Shown: one piece after another, positions 58,238 to 64,000 of the stretch
Layout: the number at the start of each line of letters is the position of its first letter
Numbering within the stretch: position 1 is the first letter of the stretch
Origin: Candidatus Zhuqueibacterota bacterium
GTDB lineage: Bacteria > Zhuqueibacterota > Zhuqueibacteria > Residuimicrobiales > Krinioviventaceae
DNA length: 64,000 nucleotides
Assembly: GCA_016928775.1 (NCBI GenBank)
Contig: JAFGKD010000071.1
Coordinates: 84,164-148,163 of the forward strand
Direction of reading: 5' to 3'
Program-made: the position numbers and the translations under genes
The notes under the pieces: model-generated
Told to the model about the DNA's origin: nothing
Databases searched by the model: none
What the model saw: only the letters and a program-made list of their open reading frames with translations

Positions 58238-59383
58238 ATGACGCATCGAGAACGACTCTTAACCTCTCTAAACCACAAAGAACCGGATCGCGTGCCAATC
58301 GATCTGGCGAGTACGCAAGTGACCGGCATTTCATTGACTGCCTATACAAATCTGAGATCCTGTCTGGGATTGCCGGAACAGCAACCGGTGATCTGCGATC
58401 GAATCCAGCAGATTGTACTTCCGCACGATGAGGTTTATGCAAAGTTCGGTATCGATACACGCGGCCTGTGTCCGGTGATGAATCATACGGATTTTGATGA
58501 CCGGCAAGATGGCGAACTCCTCCGTCATGTTGATGAATGGTCGTTTACCTATCAACGACATAAAAAGACCGGGCTCTGGTATGACCTGGTCAAACATCCA
58601 TTGGACGCGGAGATGATCACGGCAGACGAGGTTGTTGCGTATCAATTCCCCCGGGGAGACGAGCCTCGACGAATTGCCGGTTTGAGAAAACAAGCTGAAC
58701 AGTTCCGCAACTCCGGCTATGCGGTCGTGCTCAAAAGCGCGTGCGCCGGCTTGTTTGAAATGCTTATACGAATTCGTGGCATGCAGAACGCCATGCTCGA
58801 TTTGATACTCAATCAAAAAATTGCCGCTCTTATCCTGGACGGCGTTTTACGCTACAAGCTCGAGTATTGGGACATGGCGTTAGCTGAATTGGGTGATCTG
58901 GTGGATGTTCTCGCTGAGGGTGATGATTTTGGCACGCAAACTTCACAACTGATTTCTCTCGAAACCTGGCGACAGATGATCAAACCGCGACAGCAGGAGC
59001 TCATCCAATCCATACGAGGTAAAGCGCCAGCCGCCAAACTGTTTTTCCATTCATGTGGCATGATACGTCCCTTTTTGCCGGAATTCATTGACATGGGCAT
59101 CGATATCATCAATCCGGTGCACATCACGGCAGCGGGCATGCAACCAAAAGAGCTGAAAAAAGATTTTGGCAGTGAGGTCGTTTTTTGGGGCGGTGGCATA
59201 AATACGCAGGAAACCTTGCCGCATGGTACCCCGGACCAGGTCAAGCAAGAGGTCAAACGCCTTTTGGATATCTGGGCGCCACACGGCGGCTATGTGTTCA
59301 ATACGATTCATAACATCCAGGCCGATGTGCCACCGGAAAATATCGTTGCCATGTTTGAAGCTGTACATGAATTTTTTTTATGA
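58238..59383 (+). CDS. URO-D-like family methyltransferase (MtaA/MtbA-type, putative methylcorrinoid:acceptor or substrate:corrinoid methyltransferase)
   Basis: 381 aa. LFFHSCGMIRPFLPEFIDMGIDIINPV carries the HxCG zinc motif. It lacks the HemE N-terminal signature. The stop lies 9 bp before the start of the sulfatase gene. Confidence 0.65.
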   Translation: MTHRERLLTSLNHKEPDRVPIDLASTQVTGISLTAYTNLRSCLGLPEQQPVICDRIQQIVLPHDEVYAKFGIDTRGLCPVMNHTDFDDRQDGELLRHVDEWSFTYQRHKKTGLWYDLVKHPLDAEMITADEVVAYQFPRGDEPRRIAGLRKQAEQFRNSGYAVVLKSACAGLFEMLIRIRGMQNAMLDLILNQKIAALILDGVLRYKLEYWDMALAELGDLVDVLAEGDDFGTQTSQLISLETWRQMIKPRQQELIQSIRGKAPAAKLFFHSCGMIRPFLPEFIDMGIDIINPVHITAAGMQPKELKKDFGSEVVFWGGGINTQETLPHGTPDQVKQEVKRLLDIWAPHGGYVFNTIHNIQADVPPENIVAMFEAVHEFFL

Positions 59384-59392
59384 GCTGTTTCC

Positions 59393-61195
59393 ATGTTAAA
59401 TAGAAGACACTTTTTAAAAGCAATCGGCGCCGGTAGTGTGATGATGACGCTTGTCGGCGAGTTTTCTTGCCGAAAAACTAGCCCAAAACCCAATGTCATT
59501 TTGATCGTGACCGACGATCAGGGGTATGGCGACCTCGGCTGTCACGGAAATCCGATTGTTCGGACGCCGAATATGGACATGCTGCACGCCGAGAGCGTCC
59601 GTTTGACCAACTTTCACGTCGGGCCAACCTGCGCGCCAACACGCGCGTCGCTGATGACCGGACGCTACTGCAATCGAACCGGCGTCTGGCACACCGTGAT
59701 GGGACGATCGCTACTACGCGAAGACGAAGTGACCATGGCGGACGTGTTTTGGTCCGCCGGTTATCAAACGGCACTATTCGGTAAATGGCACCTTGGTGAT
59801 AACTACCCCTTCCGACCGCAAGACCGGGGCTTTGATGAGAGTCTGATCCATGGTGGTGGTGGTGTCACACAAACGCCGGATTACTGGGATAATGACTATT
59901 TTGATGATACCTATTTCCGCAACGGTCAACCCGTAAAGGTCAAAGGCTATTGCACGGATGTGTGGTTTGATTATGCCCTGAAATTTATCGAAAAAAACGC
60001 GGATAAACCGTTCTTTTGCATGATCACCACGAACGCACCGCATGGGCCATATCATGTGGCTGAAAAATACAGTGAACCTTATGCGCAACAGGGACTCACT
60101 GCGCAACGTTCCAGGTTTTACGGCATGATCACCAACATCGATGAGAATCTCGCCAGGCTGGATACTCATCTCAAAACCCTTGGGCTGTTTGATCATACCA
60201 TCACTATTTTTATGACTGACAACGGTACTGCTGCCGGCGCTGATGTCGATGCGCACGGATTTGTCACGGATGGCTACAACGCCGGCATGCGCGGCAAAAA
60301 AGGCAGCGAATACGACGGCGGTCATCGTGTGCCCTGCTTTATTCGCTGGCCGTCGGGTGGTATTGGCGGCGGAAACGATGTGACTCGACTCACGGCGCAT
60401 ATCGATATATTGCCAACGTTGATGGACCTGTGTGCCATCCCGCGCACGCCGGAGCATCAGATGGATGGAAAAAGTCTTGTCCCTTTGCTCACGCAGCCGC
60501 AGGCGGAATGGCCTGAGCGTTTTCTGGTGACGGATTCACAACGCATCGAGCATCCCGAGAAATGGCGAAAAAGCGCGGTGATGACCGATCGCTGGCGTTT
60601 GATCAATGGATCGGAACTCTATGATATCCAAACTGATCCCGGGCAAGTATTGGACATCGCGTCGGAAAATGAAGCCATTGTCCGGCAGCTGCGCGCGGCT
60701 TATGAATCGTGGTGGAGCGACGTCTCAAAACGATTTCATGAATATTGCCATATACGCATTGGCGCCGAGCAGGAAAATCCGGTTCGGCTCACCGCACACG
60801 ATTGGCACCACTTTCCCATGCCATGGAATCAGGCGCTCATCCGACAGGGTCACCTCTCGAACGGCTTCTGGGCAGTTGACATCGTGCGGGATGGACCGTA
60901 CGAATTTACCCTGCGGCGGTGGCCGCGCGAACTGAATAACGGTATCAATCAGGGTCTCCAGGCAAAGAGCGGAATCCCCGGCATTGACGACATGCCGCCC
61001 GGAAAAGTTTTCAATATTTTCAAAGGAAAAATAAAAATCGCCGATATTGAAAAAGAGCAAGCCCTAAAGGCGGATGCCAGGGAGCTTGTGTTCACGCTCA
61101 CACTAAAAAAAGGAAAAACAACCTTAAAAACCTGGTTCTTTGATGCTGGCGGCGATACGCTTGGCGCATATTATGTCTATGTCAAAAAATTATGA
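59393..61195 (+). CDS. Formylglycine-dependent sulfatase (S1 family) with Tat signal and C-terminal extra beta domain
   Basis: NRRHFLKAIGAGSVMMTL Tat motif. VGPTCAPTRASLMTGRY signature. ~150 aa C-terminal extension. Confidence 0.9.
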   Translation: MLNRRHFLKAIGAGSVMMTLVGEFSCRKTSPKPNVILIVTDDQGYGDLGCHGNPIVRTPNMDMLHAESVRLTNFHVGPTCAPTRASLMTGRYCNRTGVWHTVMGRSLLREDEVTMADVFWSAGYQTALFGKWHLGDNYPFRPQDRGFDESLIHGGGGVTQTPDYWDNDYFDDTYFRNGQPVKVKGYCTDVWFDYALKFIEKNADKPFFCMITTNAPHGPYHVAEKYSEPYAQQGLTAQRSRFYGMITNIDENLARLDTHLKTLGLFDHTITIFMTDNGTAAGADVDAHGFVTDGYNAGMRGKKGSEYDGGHRVPCFIRWPSGGIGGGNDVTRLTAHIDILPTLMDLCAIPRTPEHQMDGKSLVPLLTQPQAEWPERFLVTDSQRIEHPEKWRKSAVMTDRWRLINGSELYDIQTDPGQVLDIASENEAIVRQLRAAYESWWSDVSKRFHEYCHIRIGAEQENPVRLTAHDWHHFPMPWNQALIRQGHLSNGFWAVDIVRDGPYEFTLRRWPRELNNGINQGLQAKSGIPGIDDMPPGKVFNIFKGKIKIADIEKEQALKADARELVFTLTLKKGKTTLKTWFFDAGGDTLGAYYVYVKKL

Positions 61196-62694
61196 CCTCT
61201 TCTCCTGAACACTATATCACTGTTTCGCTCAACGACGGTTTTTCTGTTGTGCATGTGCGAGCACAGCCCGGTGAACGGCTTTTTGATGTGTTGCGCAGAG
61301 GCGGCAAGCCAGTGCATGCGCCGTGCGGCGGCAAAGGAACGTGCAAAAAGTGTCTGGTCACAATCGATGGTATTGGCGAGGCTTTGGCATGCCAGTTTGT
61401 GGTGCAGCACGATGTCCTCGTACACGTGCCGATATCTCATCGTTTTGCTATTATGGAAGCCCAAAACCTGCACGCCCGCCAGTTTGTTAAAAATCCACCA
61501 AGCGAGGGATTCGGACTGGCGATTGATATCGGTACAACGACAGTGGTTTTGTTTTTGGAAGAGTTGTCCACGTTTCAAGTCATTGATGTCCTCTCTTTCA
61601 TCAATCCGCAAACAACCTATGGCGGGGATGTCATTTCCCGTATCGCCTTTTGTATCGAACAACCGAATGGTCTGGTGACACTGCAGCACATTCTATCGGA
61701 GGCGATAAATCAAACGACAGAGTCTTTGTGTCGGAAAAACCATATCTCTCCACAACGCATTGACAGCATGACTGTGGTCGGAAATACAGTGATGCTGCAT
61801 CTCTTTTGTCGCGTTGATCCACGCTCCATCGCTTATGCGCCGTATACGCCGGTTTTTGTTGATGAGCAGCGGAAACGGGCGCGACAGCTCAACCTTGATG
61901 TCTCTCCCGATGCCCTGGTTACGATTTTGCCATCCATTGCCGGTTATGTGGGGGCAGATATTCTGGCTGGTGTCGCGACAACGGATTTATTAGATCGCGA
62001 TGGATTCACTCTTTATATTGACATTGGCACCAATGGAGAAATTGTCCTGGGTAACAAGGACCGAATTTATTGCTGCGCCACCGCGGCTGGTCCGGCATTT
62101 GAGGGCGCCACAATCGAATGCGGTATTGGCGCGGTGGAGGGCGCTATTTCCGAGTATATCGAGGGTGAGATCACGACGATTGGCGCCGCAGCCCCCGTTG
62201 GTATATGCGGCTCAGGCTTGATCGATATCGTCGCGGAGCTGCTCAATAAAAAATTGATCGATGCCGGTGGTCGCATGGAAAACGAGTTTACTATCGTCAA
62301 GCAAAAAGAGTGCGCGGTGAATCATGACATTGTTCTCACGCCAAAAGATATTCGCGAGGTGCAGTTGGCCAAAGCTGCCATTTATGCCGGCATCCGCACA
62401 TTGTTAAAACACGCTGATGTGTCCATCGACCAGATCGAACGACTCTATCTTGCGGGCGGCTTTGGGTCGACCATTCGCACAAGCAGTGCGATTCGAATCG
62501 GACTGTTACCACAAGAATTGTCCAATCGAATTTTTCCGATTGGCAACAGCGCTGCAACCGGCGCGCGACTTGCTCTGGAATCGCATGCTTTCAGAGCGGA
62601 GATCGACAAGGTGCGTGCGACAGCCGACTATATTGAGCTCTCCATGCGCCCCGATTTTAATGCGTTTTATATCTCCGCGATGGGTTTTGAATAA
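61192..62694 (+). CDS. RACo-type corrinoid reductive activase: N-terminal plant-type [2Fe-2S] ferredoxin + ASKHA (DUF4445) ATPase domain
   Basis: The Cys pattern C-x5-C-x2-C...C (APCGGKGTCKKCLV ... ALACQF) is a 2Fe-2S ferredoxin signature. Next come DIGTTTVVLFL (ASKHA phosphate-1 motif) and a glycine-rich region DIGTNGEIVLG. The start overlaps the sulfatase stop (ATGA). Confidence 0.7.
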   Translation: MTSSPEHYITVSLNDGFSVVHVRAQPGERLFDVLRRGGKPVHAPCGGKGTCKKCLVTIDGIGEALACQFVVQHDVLVHVPISHRFAIMEAQNLHARQFVKNPPSEGFGLAIDIGTTTVVLFLEELSTFQVIDVLSFINPQTTYGGDVISRIAFCIEQPNGLVTLQHILSEAINQTTESLCRKNHISPQRIDSMTVVGNTVMLHLFCRVDPRSIAYAPYTPVFVDEQRKRARQLNLDVSPDALVTILPSIAGYVGADILAGVATTDLLDRDGFTLYIDIGTNGEIVLGNKDRIYCCATAAGPAFEGATIECGIGAVEGAISEYIEGEITTIGAAAPVGICGSGLIDIVAELLNKKLIDAGGRMENEFTIVKQKECAVNHDIVLTPKDIREVQLAKAAIYAGIRTLLKHADVSIDQIERLYLAGGFGSTIRTSSAIRIGLLPQELSNRIFPIGNSAATGARLALESHAFRAEIDKVRATADYIELSMRPDFNAFYISAMGFE

Positions 62695-62700
62695 ACCACA

Positions 62701-63732
62701 TTACCAACGCGACTGGATTGTGTCGATAAATGCGCACAGGTTTTGCGTACTCACTCCGGGTGGCATGCCGCCGCCACAGGAAAAGATAACATGCGATTTA
62801 TCCTCCAGTGTGCTCATCAGTTTTAACGCGGCCTCCCGGACATCTTCAGGTCTGCCGTTTGCCAAAACATCGCGCGGCGGAATATTGCCCAACAGGGTCA
62901 CGCGCTGATGGGTTAATTTTTTCAGCTCATTCATGTCCGTGTCAAAGCCCATGTTGAACAGATTGACGCCCATCTCCGGCAAATAGGGCGCAGATATCCG
63001 ACAGGGCGCATCATTGTGCAGAAATTTGACGCTGACATCACTGTCGAACAAATCTTTAAAATAGGGAAGTGCAAACTCGACAAATTGCGCCTCTCCCAAA
63101 AAGCCGATGATGTCATCGAGCAGCAAAATACCGTCAATCGATGCAAATGACTGGCGCTGCAGATCAAGCCATTGTTTGAGAAAGGTGCTCACCTTGGAGA
63201 GCAGCGTATGGATTTTCTCAGGCTCCATCATCATTGTTGTGAGCAGCTCGGTTGTGCCCATCAGGTAGCTGGCGATATTGAGCGGTCCGCGCGCCACTGC
63301 AAAACGAATTTGATGGCCAATATTTTCGATGTGAGGTTGGGCGAGTTTTAATCGGTTCAACATAAACGGTAACAGGCCGTCGGTTGCGGGATTCGGTTGC
63401 GGCAACGCCTCTATATCCGAGACAGAATGGATTACCTTGTGGGCGTGCGGAAATTCGTTTGCCGGAAAAGTGCTGCGGGCACCGAAAACAGATGGCTCGG
63501 TGCACATGCCGTACTCGGACCAAAATCCTGGTAAAAACAGAACCTCGGGAAAAGTTTCGACAACCTGTTTATTGGCTTTGAACCACATCTCGTCATTGGA
63601 AAAATAGTCCAAAATGGTGATGCCAGTCCAGTTCGGCAGCCAGGGACTGTCGATGATAAAGCCAATGGGTGGCGATGCTGTTGTATCGCCATGAATAATT
63701 TTTAAGAGATTGTTCCATTGATCAAGAGTCAT
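62701..63732 (-). CDS. URO-D-like family methyltransferase (third paralog)
   Basis: 343 aa. HVIFSCGGGMPPG near the C-terminus and FLHNDAPCRISAPYLPEMGVNLFN. Convergent with the RACo gene with a 6 bp gap. Confidence 0.6.
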   Translation of the reverse strand: MTLDQWNNLLKIIHGDTTASPPIGFIIDSPWLPNWTGITILDYFSNDEMWFKANKQVVETFPEVLFLPGFWSEYGMCTEPSVFGARSTFPANEFPHAHKVIHSVSDIEALPQPNPATDGLLPFMLNRLKLAQPHIENIGHQIRFAVARGPLNIASYLMGTTELLTTMMMEPEKIHTLLSKVSTFLKQWLDLQRQSFASIDGILLLDDIIGFLGEAQFVEFALPYFKDLFDSDVSVKFLHNDAPCRISAPYLPEMGVNLFNMGFDTDMNELKKLTHQRVTLLGNIPPRDVLANGRPEDVREAALKLMSTLEDKSHVIFSCGGGMPPGVSTQNLCAFIDTIQSRW

Positions 63733-63889
63733 ATGCGCTCCAATTTTAATATTTTACAATATAATACCTTTTCTGCAAACGTTACAGCTTGAATTTTTAA
63801 TAATTTTTTTTTAAACTTGGCGAAACGGGTAAAATGATTGTTTGCTATCAAATCATACAAATTGATCTGAGGATATCTATGAAATATAT

Positions 63890-64000
63890 CGTGTTGCTCT
63901 TGCTGGTTTTTGTCGTTTTGGCTACTGCCCAGGAAAACGTGATTAAAAATGGTGAATTCGATCAAGGCAGGCGCTCCTGGAGTATCAAAGCATACAACGA
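63890..64000 (+). CDS. Secreted protein, 5' fragment (continues beyond window)
   Basis: ATG at 63890 gives MKYIVLLLLVFVVLATAQENV, a Sec signal peptide. The ORF is still open at the window end. Confidence 0.5.

Noticed and set aside
1-64000. Mobile elements / CRISPR / prophage
   Set aside because: No transposase, integrase, phage structural gene or regularly spaced direct-repeat array was seen. The only repeats are the CACGGAT element and the in-gene 51-bp tandem repeats.

Overview
This 64 kb window is a gene-dense (~50% GC) chromosomal segment, most likely from an uncultivated polysaccharide-degrading member of the FCB superphylum. That placement rests on two features seen directly in the sequence. 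One protein carries a type IX secretion (T9SS/Por) C-terminal sorting domain. Several sulfatases carry twin-arginine (Tat) signal peptides, which fits anoxic-sediment glycan degraders better than classical Bacteroidetes. The window is dominated by a sulfated-fucan / L-fucose utilisation theme. It holds five formylglycine-type sulfatases, a GH29 alpha-L-fucosidase, a FucP-type fucose permease and a sugar mutarotase. It also holds a run of enzymes matching an oxidative (non-phosphorylative) L-fucose route: an aldo/keto reductase, an amidohydrolase-2 lactonase, a Zn-dependent and an Fe-dependent alcohol dehydrogenase, plus two unassigned genes. GH97, GH43-like and GH140-like hydrolases are also present. 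Other content includes a plant-type leucine-rich-repeat protein, a lamin-tail/CotH/T9SS protein and a PQQ-type beta-propeller. There is a cluster of two GT2 and three GT39/ArnT-like membrane glycosyltransferases. An AT-richer block encodes a nucleotide-transporter-like/HEAT-repeat fusion flanked by two class-A beta-lactamase-fold serine hydrolases. There is also a RyR-domain membrane protein. The most unusual part is an operon at about 58.2-63.7 kb. A Tat-exported sulfatase is translationally coupled to an MtaA-type (uroporphyrinogen decarboxylase-like, zinc HxCG motif) methyltransferase and to a RACo-type corrinoid reductive activase. A second MtaA-like gene lies convergent to it and a third lies at 11.7 kb. 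This looks like a corrinoid-dependent methyl-transfer (O-demethylase-like) system tied to sulfated-glycan catabolism. No such system has been described. I found no rRNA, tRNA, CRISPR array, transposase or integrase. One ~50 nt intergenic repeat carrying 3x CACGGAT at helical-turn spacing occurs on both sides of a Tat-signal DegT aminotransferase.
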